A stretch of 57,527 nt of DNA, from positions 1-57,527 of the IMG/VR virus record IMGVR_UViG_3300032309_003728, one strand, 5' to 3'. Under the pieces are notes generated by a model. The model saw only the letters and a list, made by a program, of their open reading frames with translations, was not told the origin of the DNA and did not search any database. Source of the stretch: a virus. Lineage: Duplodnaviria; Caudoviricetes. Shown here one piece after another: positions 1 to 8,502 of the stretch (positions are counted from its first letter, which is position 1; each line of letters starts with the position of its first letter). A program made the position numbers and the translations under genes.

Positions 1-102
1 TTACTCCTTTTTATCTTCATCTAAATGAATAGACACCTCTTGATAAGATTTGTTCATTTTATTTTCTTTCATTTTTCGAACATATGTCCAATCATTTAAC
101 AT
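1..102 (-). CDS. small hypothetical protein (33 aa, MLNDWTYVRK...DEDKKE)
   Basis: Read manually: ATG at 102, TAA at 1-3, GAGG Shine-Dalgarno upstream and a TTGTAT-17-TATAAT promoter at 119-147. Below the ORF-track cutoff. Confidence 0.4.
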   Translation of the reverse strand: MLNDWTYVRKMKENKMNKSYQEVSIHLDEDKKE

Positions 103-244
103 AAAATCCTCTATTACTATTATAGGGTAAATTTTGTTTATATACAATTTTATTTAAACAAGCGCTACAAGATACGATTAAATTAAGCCCAACTAATATT
201 GTTTTCGATTTCCAATTCCAGAGTTTACTTAATATTTTTTTCAC
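92..244 (-). CDS. possible 50-aa small membrane/lipoprotein (MKKILSKLWNWKSKTILVGLNLIVSCSAC...)
   Basis: Manual translation: GTG start overlapping the end of the upstream gene, basic N-terminus, then a hydrophobic stretch and Cys. Fills an otherwise empty gap. Confidence 0.25.
   Translation of the reverse strand: MKKILSKLWNWKSKTILVGLNLIVSCSACLNKIVYKQNLPYNSNRGFYVK
119..147 (-). promoter_or_regulatory. sigma70-type promoter TTGTAT-17-TATAAT
   Basis: -35 at 142-147 and -10 at 119-124 on the minus strand. Confidence 0.45.
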
Positions 245-1097
245 CTTCAGCTTGTTTGGCTTCAGTTTCTTGCTCTTTATTAAACATCACATAGTTGTGA
301 ATAGTAATCATATAGTCTTCTGCAAGTGCTGCCATTTGTTGTAAGAATGGTTCTGTAAGATTTTCTTTCACCATTGGATCATTTAATTTATTTAAAATGT
401 TTTGAGCGTGAACTTGAATCGAAGTGATAGAACCAACTATCATTTCATAAAAATCTTCTTTGTAATCTTCTAGGTCTTCAATTTCTTGTGCTTGAGATAA
501 GGAGGCATCAATTTTAATAAGTTCAGCTTGATCAAATTCTGTTTCTCCATCCCATTCATAATCTTCATTTTCATAATCTGAGCCTTGTGCTTTTTTAAGA
601 GCTTCTTGAGTTGGCCGATCTTTCGATCCTGGTTTTGCTGGACGATAGTTTTTTCCCATTCTTTTTTTCTTTTGTTGAATGTTGTACCAAAGACCTTTAT
701 TCTTAGCTTGAACATCTATTTCTAAAGTGACTTCTTCTTCATTTTGAACTGAACCACAATTTGGTTTACCGCATGATCCTGTGACTTTGCTAACTGGTTT
801 TGCGCTCCACATTTTGCAACTCCAATAATTAGCTTTATATTTTGGACCAGGATTATCGCAACCGTGCCTTGCTCTATAAGCTTTGCGCCTTTCGGGATTA
901 TCCCTTTTGATAGACATATTTGGATCGCCAAAAGTAACTTTTACAATATTACCTTTATCATTCTTTACATAAACGCCAAATTTCTTTTTGCTTCCAGAAG
1001 GAAGTCTAAAGGGTTTATTTAAAGGTGCTTTACCTTTTTTTGCCGCTTGAATATTGTTAGCAAAATCAATTTCCATAGAATGTTTAGGGATAGGCAT
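225..1097 (-). CDS. conserved phage hypothetical protein with basic domain(s) and acidic C-terminus
   Basis: 290 aa. The motif KVTFGDPNMSIKRDNPERRKAYRARHGC...ANYWSC resembles a widespread basic phage domain (DUF6321-like). Preceded by a GTGTAA motif. Confidence 0.7.
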   Translation of the reverse strand: MPIPKHSMEIDFANNIQAAKKGKAPLNKPFRLPSGSKKKFGVYVKNDKGNIVKVTFGDPNMSIKRDNPERRKAYRARHGCDNPGPKYKANYWSCKMWSAKPVSKVTGSCGKPNCGSVQNEEEVTLEIDVQAKNKGLWYNIQQKKKRMGKNYRPAKPGSKDRPTQEALKKAQGSDYENEDYEWDGETEFDQAELIKIDASLSQAQEIEDLEDYKEDFYEMIVGSITSIQVHAQNILNKLNDPMVKENLTEPFLQQMAALAEDYMITIHNYVMFNKEQETEAKQAEGEKNIK

Positions 1098-1106
1098 ACA
1101 TAATCA

Positions 1107-1112
1107 TTACAC
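1107..1112 (-). promoter_or_regulatory. GTGTAA motif, candidate phage late promoter
   Basis: TTACAC on +, 9 nt upstream of ATG 1097. Recurrent intergenic motif. Confidence 0.5.
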
Positions 1113-1298
1113 CTATTTTTTTTCTATGTAATAATTTTTCTTATTTTTTGGGGCTATTTTAGATATATAAGCTTGAGCTAATTTAAAGCCTTCTTTTGTG
1201 ACTGGAAAAACTCCATGAAGAAAATTATCATTTTTTGAGTAGACCCCATAATATTTTCTTTTTTTAGTTTTTGGCATATAAATTAATATTAATTGCAA
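1113..1298 (-). CDS. small basic hypothetical protein (true start probably the ATG at 1277, MPKTKK...)
   Basis: ORF track; packed between neighbouring genes. Confidence 0.55.
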   Translation of the reverse strand: MQLILIYMPKTKKRKYYGVYSKNDNFLHGVFPVTKEGFKLAQAYISKIAPKNKKNYYIEKK

Positions 1299-1495
1299 TT
1301 ATTAATTGTTACTTGAAGTAATTCTTTTAATAGTTTAAGATGGTACAAATCCCATGAGTCTCCATTTTCTAGTACTTTTTTAGACTTAAAATCATCTATT
1401 TGTTTCTTCTCAATAATTTGGTCTAAAAGTTTAAAGACTTTATCAATATCAATCCCCCAAGTGCTTGGATTAATTTCATTATGACTTGTACTCAT
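1289..1495 (-). CDS. hypothetical protein
   Basis: 68 aa; ATG lies 5 nt after a TATAAT -10 box (leaderless). Confidence 0.65.
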   Translation of the reverse strand: MSTSHNEINPSTWGIDIDKVFKLLDQIIEKKQIDDFKSKKVLENGDSWDLYHLKLLKELLQVTINNCN

Positions 1496-1500
1496 GTATT

Positions 1501-1529
1501 ATTATACAATAAAACTTGAATGTATTCAA
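1501..1529 (-). promoter_or_regulatory. sigma70-type promoter TTGAAT-17-TATAAT (leaderless, for 1289..1495)
   Basis: -35 at 1524-1529, -10 at 1501-1506. Overlaps the divergent tmRNA promoter through the inverted repeat TTGAATgtATTCAA. Confidence 0.6.
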
Positions 1530-1544
1530 AATATAGTGTATAAT
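1516..1544 (+). promoter_or_regulatory. tmRNA promoter TTGAAT-17-TATAAT
   Basis: -35 at 1516-1521, -10 at 1539-1544, 19 nt before the mature tmRNA 5' end. Confidence 0.65.
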
Positions 1545-1563
1545 TTAATAGTTCTTTCTTATT

Positions 1564-1952
1564 GGGCGCGTACTGGTTTCGACTTTAGAAATCGAAATTA
1601 AAATGCAAGTGGAGGTTGAATCGAGGACTCCTTAAAAAGTTTCAATTTATATTAACTGCCAAAACAGCAAAATATAAAGGTCATATTTCAGCAAGAGTTT
1701 CTCTTGTTGAGATGACCGAATCTGTAGCTTAAGTTCTACAGCGTGATACCCTTGAAGCATCTATTGGGATATTGCGTAATTAGATGTCTTATTATTAATA
1801 GTTTTTTTATTCTATTATTATTAAGTATTAAAAATAAAATCGCTAAATATGTTTGTTGTTTATCTATATGAAGCTAAAATTAAAAATAACTAAACTTGTA
1901 GTATTTTATTTTAGATTTTTAAAACACGAAGGTTCAACTCCTTCCGCGTCCA
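1564..1952 (+). ncRNA. ssrA: tmRNA (transfer-messenger RNA), one-piece, CCA not encoded
   Basis: 5' end GGGCGCGTACTGGTTTCGAC. Acceptor stem GGGCGCG/CGCGTCC with the G3:U alanine wobble, discriminator A1952. T-arm GAAGG-TTCAACT-CCTTC. pk1 from GGAG/CTCC and TTGAA/TTCAA. Resume context ATTAACT-GCC and tag ORF 1658-1732, AKTAKYKGHISARVSLVEMTESVA*. Confidence 0.93.
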
Positions 1953-1984
1953 AGTCCAAAACGATTCCCTCTAGCTCCAATTTT

Positions 1985-1990
1985 GTGTAA
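1985..1990 (+). promoter_or_regulatory. GTGTAA motif, candidate late promoter
   Basis: GTGTAATTATAATTATG, 8 nt before ATG 1999. Confidence 0.5.
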
Positions 1991-1998
1991 TTATAATT

Positions 1999-2541
1999 AT
2001 GATAACAAAAGTAAAAATAAAATGCAAACATTGTGGAAATGAAATTGAAAAAATAAAAGCTGAATACGACAGAAGGATAAAAAAGAAATCAGTTGGATTT
2101 TTTTGTAATTTAAAATGCTCTGGATTATTTTTTAAAGCTAAACATTTAGACAAATTCAAAGGAAATTACTCTCATTTAATTAAATATCAAAATAATAGAT
2201 TAGATCAATATAGTCCATTTAAATACCACGCAAATAAAGCAAGATCAAGAAGCAAACAAAAAGGTTATAAAACAGATTTAAATGCAGAATATTTAAAAGA
2301 AGTTTGGGATAATCAAAGTGGAATTTGCCCTTATACAGGAATAAAAATGGAAATTAGCAGAACAAGTAGAGACGAAGATATAAAAAAAACTCCAATAAAA
2401 GCGAGTCTTGATAGAATTGATCCTAATATAGGATATACAAAAGGAAATGTTGAATTTGTATGTTATTGCGTTAATGTAATGAAAAATGATTTCTCTAAAA
2501 AAGAAATGGTGAATTTTATTAATTTAATTAAAAATAATTAA
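1999..2541 (+). CDS. HNH/His-Me-finger-like endonuclease with N-terminal zinc-binding motif (putative free-standing homing endonuclease)
   Basis: CKHC...FFCNLKC at the N-terminus; CPYTG...ASLDRIDPNIGYTKGNVEFVCYCVNVMK, typical of phage SLDRID-type beta-beta-alpha-Me nucleases. Confidence 0.7.
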   Translation: MITKVKIKCKHCGNEIEKIKAEYDRRIKKKSVGFFCNLKCSGLFFKAKHLDKFKGNYSHLIKYQNNRLDQYSPFKYHANKARSRSKQKGYKTDLNAEYLKEVWDNQSGICPYTGIKMEISRTSRDEDIKKTPIKASLDRIDPNIGYTKGNVEFVCYCVNVMKNDFSKKEMVNFINLIKNN

Positions 2542-3551
2542 ATTTTACTTTTGTCGCCAGAGAATTTTATTTCAAAAGAATCTTCTATGTTTTGATATAT
2601 GTAGCTTTTTATAAAATCTTTCATATTTTGAAAAGAGTTGAAGTCTATTGAGTTGGGTCCTTCTTCTTTATTATCTAAAATAATTTTAAATTTACCAACC
2701 TTTTCTAAGACATCACATTTATTAATTATTAATTTATTTGTTCCAGATACTTTAATTGCTTTAACTAAATGATTTAATCTCAACCAATTAGCTAGCCTTT
2801 TTCTGCCAGTTGTAGATCCATATTCAACTCCTAAATTTATAATATTCTCTAAGTCTTTATCTTCCCATAATGAATTCGGGAATAAAGGATCTACCCCACT
2901 TTTTGTGTCATAAATTTTTGCTACACCAATTATATCTCTTATTTTTTTAGGACTAAAACCTAAAGAGCAAGCACTATATGGTAATGTTTCGCTGCTAGTA
3001 ACATAAGGATAATCACCATAATTGATGTCTAACCAAAAACTTTGAGCCCCTTCACATAAAATCTTTCCATGTAATTTTTCATCCCAAATATATTGTTTAT
3101 CAATATAATTTTTAGCTAATTTACCAACTCTTAACATTTTATCAGAATAGGCTGGAGCAATTCCTTGTCCAGTAGTTCCGAATATTTCTTTTAAATGAAG
3201 TTTATCGTAAATTAAATGTCTTTCAGTAATTATGTGAGCTTTTGGGCTGACCTTGACTAACGATGTATTGAACCCTTCTCTTTTTAGGTATTCAATTTCT
3301 TCGTAAAATTTTTCTACATTAACAACACAGTTTGGACCAATTACGCTTAATTTATTTTGAAATATACCACAAGGAATAATATGGGTTTTATATTTTTTTT
3401 CATTAATATATACAGTGTGTCCAGCATTTGGTCCACCATTCCATCTACATACTATATCATAGTCTTTTGAAATAGCATTACTAATTTTACCTTTTCCTTC
3501 ATCCCCCCATTGAAGGCCAAAAATAATGTCTACGTAATCAATTTGATTCAT
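2538..3551 (-). CDS. purA: adenylosuccinate synthetase (short form)
   Basis: GLQWGDEGKGK, RWNGGPNAGHT, GTTGQGIAPAY, EGAQ, DYPYVTSS, GSTTGRKR, NKCD. Start moved to ATG 3551 (MNQIDYVD) to reduce overlap with the upstream ORF. Confidence 0.93.
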   Translation of the reverse strand: MNQIDYVDIIFGLQWGDEGKGKISNAISKDYDIVCRWNGGPNAGHTVYINEKKYKTHIIPCGIFQNKLSVIGPNCVVNVEKFYEEIEYLKREGFNTSLVKVSPKAHIITERHLIYDKLHLKEIFGTTGQGIAPAYSDKMLRVGKLAKNYIDKQYIWDEKLHGKILCEGAQSFWLDINYGDYPYVTSSETLPYSACSLGFSPKKIRDIIGVAKIYDTKSGVDPLFPNSLWEDKDLENIINLGVEYGSTTGRKRLANWLRLNHLVKAIKVSGTNKLIINKCDVLEKVGKFKIILDNKEEGPNSIDFNSFQNMKDFIKSYIYQNIEDSFEIKFSGDKSKI

Positions 3552-3828
3552 TTGATGAACTAGATGATGCAAATGACTCTGAGGATTTTTCTAAGAAATT
3601 TGACAACATTTTATAACAAAAATTTCTCCCATCTTTTCCGCAACAATTTTTAAACTTTTTGTTTTCAAGAGAACAATATTCATTTCTACCAATTTTTGGT
3701 GCTATTCTATGGATTGGTCCACCCACAAAAGGACAGGTATATGGTTTTACTGAAGAAAAATCTACTTCTCCATTAGGAAGCTCTTGAGCTTCAACTTCTA
3801 TTGTCTTTTCTTCTTTATTGATATTCAT
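3538..3828 (-). CDS. SEC-C-like metal-binding motif protein
   Basis: KIGRNEYCSLENKKFKNCCG resembles the SecA C-terminal motif GRNDPCPCGSGKKFKKCCG. Confidence 0.65.
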   Translation of the reverse strand: MNINKEEKTIEVEAQELPNGEVDFSSVKPYTCPFVGGPIHRIAPKIGRNEYCSLENKKFKNCCGKDGRNFCYKMLSNFLEKSSESFASSSSSNESN

Positions 3829-4024
3829 TCGATGGAGACCTTAAATCAAAAATAGAAATTTTCTCTATTTCTCCAAGAGGAGATCTTACATTTACATTAT
3901 ATTCATCTACCACAGATTCAATCATACCATAGTAGTAACTCTTCTTAATATGATCTTTTATGATTACCATCTTTCTACCAACAATTTTTTTAAGTACATT
4001 TAGTTTTAAATTATTTTTAAACAT
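3815..4024 (-). CDS. hypothetical protein (small beta-barrel-like)
   Basis: 69 aa; leaderless after TTGACC-17-TACAAT. Confidence 0.65.
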   Translation of the reverse strand: MFKNNLKLNVLKKIVGRKMVIIKDHIKKSYYYGMIESVVDEYNVNVRSPLGEIEKISIFDLRSPSNEYQ

Positions 4025-4030
4025 AGAGAT

Positions 4031-4059
4031 ATTGTATTCTATATATTACGTTTGGTCAA
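4031..4059 (-). promoter_or_regulatory. sigma70-type promoter TTGACC-17-TACAAT (leaderless)
   Basis: -35 at 4054-4059, -10 at 4031-4036, ATG 6 nt downstream. Confidence 0.65.
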
Positions 4060-4061
4060 CA

Positions 4062-4493
4062 TTATTTTTCTTCTTGATTCTTATTTTTTAGAAAATTTAT
4101 TATAATTAATAAATTCCTGACATCTTTCTCTTGAATCATTTTAGGGTCACAAAAATCTGTTTGGGTTTTAAATAGTTCACAAAAATGATTTATTGTTTCT
4201 GCTATTTTATTAGCAGTAGAATAAGAAATCTCTATTTCTTGATTTACATTAGACAGGGGCTTGTATAATGCCCATATTTGATTCTTCTTATTTGTAGAAA
4301 TTTGCCTTATTATAGAATTTTTTTCCATCTCCTGTAGGGCTAAGAGAATCATAGCTTTTTCTTCGTCTAGATCATTTTCTGTAACCCCCAATAAATCTCT
4401 ATAGTTTTCTATTTTAAAAATTGATTTCTTTTCAAAATAATTTAAAAAAATAATTATATAATCTACTATTGTTTTATTATTTTCCATGAGCAA
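4062..4493 (-). CDS. hypothetical protein (possible winged-helix)
   Basis: 143 aa ORF overlapping the end of the upstream gene; the pattern LALQEMEKNSIIRQ...WAL is wHTH-like. Confidence 0.6.
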   Translation of the reverse strand: MLMENNKTIVDYIIIFLNYFEKKSIFKIENYRDLLGVTENDLDEEKAMILLALQEMEKNSIIRQISTNKKNQIWALYKPLSNVNQEIEISYSTANKIAETINHFCELFKTQTDFCDPKMIQEKDVRNLLIIINFLKNKNQEEK

Positions 4494-5583
4494 AGCTTTC
4501 GTACATATTATTAGCGGTAGTTTTTACTGCTATAATTTTATTAGTCCATAACCCTCCACGCATTTCTTCTATTGTTCTAAATCCAAGATAGCTCATAGCA
4601 CTTCTTAATCCGTTAGCAAAATCATATACTACATCTTCAATTGATCTGTTTTCTACAAGGGGAATCATTGTTTTTTCTCCTTCTACAAAAAGATTCTTTT
4701 TGCTACCATCATATAATTCGTAATCTTCTACAACATCTTTACTAGCCATTCCTCGATATACCGCGAATAATTTACCATCTTTTTCTACAATATTTTCTTC
4801 ATCGACAAGATCGCTAAGTCCAGCAAATATTCTTCCACAAATTACTCCATCCGCACCACTAGCAATAGCTTTAACTAAATCTCTTGGATTTCTAATTCCA
4901 CCATCAGCAAGAATACTTGGTCTATTTTCTTCTTTTGGGTTCTCTTGTCTAAAGTGATCTAAATTAGCTAATTGGTAATTTCTTATAGCAGTCCAAGCGT
5001 AAGATAAACCAGTTACGCTTGGGCATCCAATCCCAGTTTTAATTTGTGTCAGACACATACTTCCTGGTCCAATAAGATGCCTGAATCCATCGGCTCTTAA
5101 ATTAGCTAGCCTATGAACACTCGCCTTAGTAAGCGTGTTTCCAACAATAATATCTTGTTTATATTCAGATTGTTTGTACCATATTAAAAAGTCTTCAACA
5201 CTTTTCGCTAAACCATTTGCTGTATCTAAAAAGAATAGATCTGTATACCTAGATAATTCCTTGATTCTTTCTACCGCATCTTTTAAACCTATAGCAGATA
5301 TTGATTTACCGCTTTCATCTTTAATTTTTTTAGCTTTTAAAGATTGTTCCTCGATAGACATAAACCTATGCAAAACTCCAGCGCAGCCAATTTTATTGAC
5401 TTTAATACAAGACTTTACAGAAGATACTGTATCCATTGGTGACAATACTATTGGAATATCAATATAATTGTTTTTAGAAATTTTAGTTCTTGTGCTGACT
5501 TCTTTTCTTGAGACTATGTCTGAAAAATTAGGCAAAAGCGCGATATCATCGTATCCAATAGCTTCTTTAAAAGTTATTTGCAT
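4477..5583 (-). CDS. guaC: IMPDH/GMP reductase family enzyme without CBS domains, more likely GMP reductase
   Basis: YDDIALLP, SPMDTV, GVLHRF, DTANG, GPGSMCLT (catalytic Cys), ADGGI, GADGV, YRGMAS, EG, GLRSAMSYLG. The flap lacks the Arg-Tyr dyad typical of IMPDH. Family certain; guaC versus guaB is inferred. Confidence 0.7.
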   Translation of the reverse strand: MQITFKEAIGYDDIALLPNFSDIVSRKEVSTRTKISKNNYIDIPIVLSPMDTVSSVKSCIKVNKIGCAGVLHRFMSIEEQSLKAKKIKDESGKSISAIGLKDAVERIKELSRYTDLFFLDTANGLAKSVEDFLIWYKQSEYKQDIIVGNTLTKASVHRLANLRADGFRHLIGPGSMCLTQIKTGIGCPSVTGLSYAWTAIRNYQLANLDHFRQENPKEENRPSILADGGIRNPRDLVKAIASGADGVICGRIFAGLSDLVDEENIVEKDGKLFAVYRGMASKDVVEDYELYDGSKKNLFVEGEKTMIPLVENRSIEDVVYDFANGLRSAMSYLGFRTIEEMRGGLWTNKIIAVKTTANNMYESFAHGK

Positions 5584-5590
5584 TGTAAGA

Positions 5591-5619
5591 ATGATAATAC
5601 TAATATATTAATTAGTCAA
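5591..5619 (-). promoter_or_regulatory. sigma70-type promoter TTGACT-17-TATCAT (leaderless)
   Basis: -35 at 5614-5619, -10 at 5591-5596, ATG 5583. Confidence 0.6.
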
Positions 5620-6426
5620 GACCTTTTTTCCGTATTCAATAAGTGAATTTTTGCTTCTCATTCCATGAATAATCGCAGGGTTTACGATAAACTTCTCCAT
5701 CGTCATATAAGAAACCCATTCCCAAGGTCTATTTTTTGGGATACTATTATTAAAATTACTTGTCCAATCAGAAGCCCAATAGTTAAAATATTTTTCTGCA
5801 AATCTATTTTCTATATTTTTACTGGCTATATGAGATATATAACCTATTGATACTTCTTCTGGCACAATATGGTTTTTGCTTTTTAAATAATTGTGACATT
5901 TAAAAGCTAAATCAAAAGCTTCTTTTATAAAATCCTTTTTACATATCCAAAACCCACCATTAGTATTTCTTATCTCTTGATTAACAACTCCTAAATCTTT
6001 AAAATACAATTCTAGTTCATGATTTTTAATTCCCCACCAATCTTGTCTTTGAGTTTTGTAAGAATTAATTGGACTCTCTAAAAAAGAATGCCAAGAAGAA
6101 CCGTCGGATAAAATGTCTTTTATTTCTATTTCTGGTTTTCTAACAAAAAAATGATCAGCATCAATAAAAACAAATACATCATAATCTAATTTAGATATCT
6201 CTTTTAAGTAATGAAACTTAAAAAATTGTAATCTATCTAATTTTAGCGTAGGTATAAGATTATGATTTTCTGCATATTTTAATTTAATATCTGAGAAAAC
6301 ATGGAAATCTTCTTGCATTCCAACATCTTTAAATGATTTTAATAAAGATTGTAATATATAGCTATATTGTCCCCAAGATATTGACCAATAACATATCTTC
6401 ATAAAGATGAGAATATACTTTGCCAA
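5608..6426 (-). CDS. GT-A fold glycosyltransferase (true start probably ATG 6402, MKICYW)
   Basis: DxD motif VFVFIDADHFF, NTNGGFW, C-terminal IIHG. Confidence 0.7.
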   Translation of the reverse strand: MAKYILIFMKICYWSISWGQYSYILQSLLKSFKDVGMQEDFHVFSDIKLKYAENHNLIPTLKLDRLQFFKFHYLKEISKLDYDVFVFIDADHFFVRKPEIEIKDILSDGSSWHSFLESPINSYKTQRQDWWGIKNHELELYFKDLGVVNQEIRNTNGGFWICKKDFIKEAFDLAFKCHNYLKSKNHIVPEEVSIGYISHIASKNIENRFAEKYFNYWASDWTSNFNNSIPKNRPWEWVSYMTMEKFIVNPAIIHGMRSKNSLIEYGKKVLTN

Positions 6427-7418
6427 TCTTTTATGTGACTTTCTTTATCGCACCATATTTCTTTAGTTATTTTACTGCCTTTAAAACCCATTTCTTTTCT
6501 TAAAGAATAATTTTCTTCAAGCTCTTTACAGTGTGTTTTACATTCATCATAAGAATTATGAAGAAAACCTGTTTCTTTATCTATAATTTGTTTAGGAAAA
6601 TTATATTTATTTGGAGCGATAATCGGTAAGCCGTTTAAAGAGGCTTCTATAATTGCTCTACTTTGGTTTTCTATGAACGTATTGCAACTATTATAAACAT
6701 AAAGATCTAATGAGTTTAAAAAATTTGAAGTTTTTTCTTGGTTTGGCGCAAGCAAATCCCACTGATCATTGAAATTATGGGATACAAATCTTCTTTTGAA
6801 ATTATCAGAAACCCCCATGACTCTATATCTAGGATTTTTTAAGTTTAAATTCTCATAAAATAAAGGAAAATCATCTGAAAATTTTTCATCATCAGGTCTG
6901 CTATGTTTTCCTATAGTAAAAAAATTCCTGTTAGGTCTATCAAAATAATCGTAAGAATCTGCATCAAAATAATTAGGAATTATAAACTCTTTGGTTAAAA
7001 GTCTTGAGTCTTTTGTTTGCATTTTTTCTTTATGAAATTCACTAGTGTATAAATACGCATCAATCATTCCATCTCTTAAGGATTGGATTTCATAATCTGT
7101 GTGCCACATCATATCATTTGACCAAATAAATTTCAAGCCAGAGTCTTTAATTCTTTTGATTCTCCAATCTTCTGAAAATAACCTAAAATTACAAAAAGCT
7201 ATTCCTACTCCATCTAATTTTTTTGGAAGGTCGGACCAACTTAAATATTTAACGTTATATTTTTTAAAAAAATTAAGATTATCATTTTCTGATAATCTGG
7301 AATTATCATTTGGTATAGAGTATAGATTATGATCCTTACAAAGAAGTTTAATTAAATCTTTTAATCTTGTATCTGCCCCACCAAGTTCAGATATCCATTG
7401 AAAAAAATAAATGTTCAC
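6399..7418 (-). CDS. GT-B (GT4-like) glycosyltransferase
   Basis: GGADT N-terminal loop; IGKHSRPD..K; ENQSRAIIEASLNGLPII, ETGFL, RKEMG. Confidence 0.8.
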   Translation of the reverse strand: MNIYFFQWISELGGADTRLKDLIKLLCKDHNLYSIPNDNSRLSENDNLNFFKKYNVKYLSWSDLPKKLDGVGIAFCNFRLFSEDWRIKRIKDSGLKFIWSNDMMWHTDYEIQSLRDGMIDAYLYTSEFHKEKMQTKDSRLLTKEFIIPNYFDADSYDYFDRPNRNFFTIGKHSRPDDEKFSDDFPLFYENLNLKNPRYRVMGVSDNFKRRFVSHNFNDQWDLLAPNQEKTSNFLNSLDLYVYNSCNTFIENQSRAIIEASLNGLPIIAPNKYNFPKQIIDKETGFLHNSYDECKTHCKELEENYSLRKEMGFKGSKITKEIWCDKESHIKDWQSIFSSL

Positions 7419-7708
7419 TACAAATCAAATAAATGCTCGTTATTAATATTAATTATAATTTTATCTGTACCAATGTGATTTTTTAATTCTGTAATAATAT
7501 TTGAATCTCCATGAATATTTAATACTCTCAAGACTTCTAAGGCTTGAGATTCATTTTGAGTCTTCTTACAAGGACATCCACCATAAGCTATATCAAGAAA
7601 GTCTTTAATAATGCACATTTGAGGGTCTTTATAGATTATATCTTGGTTTTGGACTAATAAGGCGTATAAATCATTCATTGAATTAATTAAAATAGTTTTA
7701 TTGCTCAT
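7418..7708 (-). CDS. hypothetical protein (GGCPCK motif)
   Basis: 96 aa, translationally coupled to neighbours. Confidence 0.65.
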   Translation of the reverse strand: MSNKTILINSMNDLYALLVQNQDIIYKDPQMCIIKDFLDIAYGGCPCKKTQNESQALEVLRVLNIHGDSNIITELKNHIGTDKIIININNEHLFDL

Positions 7709-8040
7709 AAATAATTCTCCATTACTCTATAAGGAATTATAGAAAAAACATAATAAAATGGCAAATATAATATATCATTAAACAATAAACAAGAGCCAAC
7801 TGATATCCAGAAACCAATACAATAAGGACAAGTTATCAATTGGGTAAAGAAATTAGGGTATTTAATTTTTATAAAACTCAAATAATCTATAGAAGGATTT
7901 GTCTTCTTATACTCTTCAAAATTGATTATTTTAGTAATTTTTTTAATATTTAATAACGACATGTATTCTCTAAAAGCATTAGTTCTAAACCATATTAATA
8001 ATAGCATAATAATAAATGATATTTGATTTAAAATTTTCAT
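7705..8040 (-). CDS. membrane protein with CPYC motif (DUF1360-like)
   Basis: Hydrophobic segments; LITCPYCIGFWIS. Confidence 0.65.
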   Translation of the reverse strand: MKILNQISFIIMLLLIWFRTNAFREYMSLLNIKKITKIINFEEYKKTNPSIDYLSFIKIKYPNFFTQLITCPYCIGFWISVGSCLLFNDILYLPFYYVFSIIPYRVMENYL

Positions 8041-8047
8041 AAAAATG

Positions 8048-8076
8048 TTGACATTAAATTATATTTAAAATAGAAT
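8048..8076 (+). promoter_or_regulatory. sigma70-type promoter TTGACA-17-TAGAAT
   Basis: In the divergent gap before the dCMP deaminase gene. A possible opposing TTGAAA-16-TATAAT at 8058-8085 (-). Confidence 0.65.
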
Positions 8077-8094
8077 ATATTTCAAATATTTTTA

Positions 8095-8502
8095 ATGAAA
8101 GAAAAATTCATAATAATGGCTAAAAAAATTGGCCAAGAAATAGCTAAAACATCAGAAGATCCGCATAAAAAGGTGGGCGCTGTAGTCTTGAGAGAAGATG
8201 GGAGAATATTGTCTACTGGATACAATGGTCTCATGCAAAGTAAAAATGTGCATAATAAATTTTGGATAAATAGAGACGCTAGAAGAAGTTTTATGATTCA
8301 TGCAGAAGTTAACGCTTTGTCATGTATTTCTAGATATGATAATCCACATTTTATATATGTGACTCTTTTGCCATGTGGATATTGTGCTAATTTAATAGCT
8401 TGCTATGGAATCAAACATGTGGTATACTCTGAAGAATATGACAAAGACTGCTCTTGTAAAAAAATATTTAAATTTTACAACATAAAATATCAAAAAATTT
8501 AA
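8095..8502 (+). CDS. dCMP deaminase
   Basis: KVGAV, STGYNG, HAEVNAL and PCGYC zinc motifs. Confidence 0.9.
   Translation: MKEKFIIMAKKIGQEIAKTSEDPHKKVGAVVLREDGRILSTGYNGLMQSKNVHNKFWINRDARRSFMIHAEVNALSCISRYDNPHFIYVTLLPCGYCANLIACYGIKHVVYSEEYDKDCSCKKIFKFYNIKYQKI

Noticed and set aside
2538-3551. PurZ (2-aminoadenine Z-genome pathway)
   Set aside because: The protein keeps the PurA catalytic Asp in GDEGKG (Ser in PurZ) and the canonical TTGRxR loop. No dATPase or MazZ-like partner is visible nearby.
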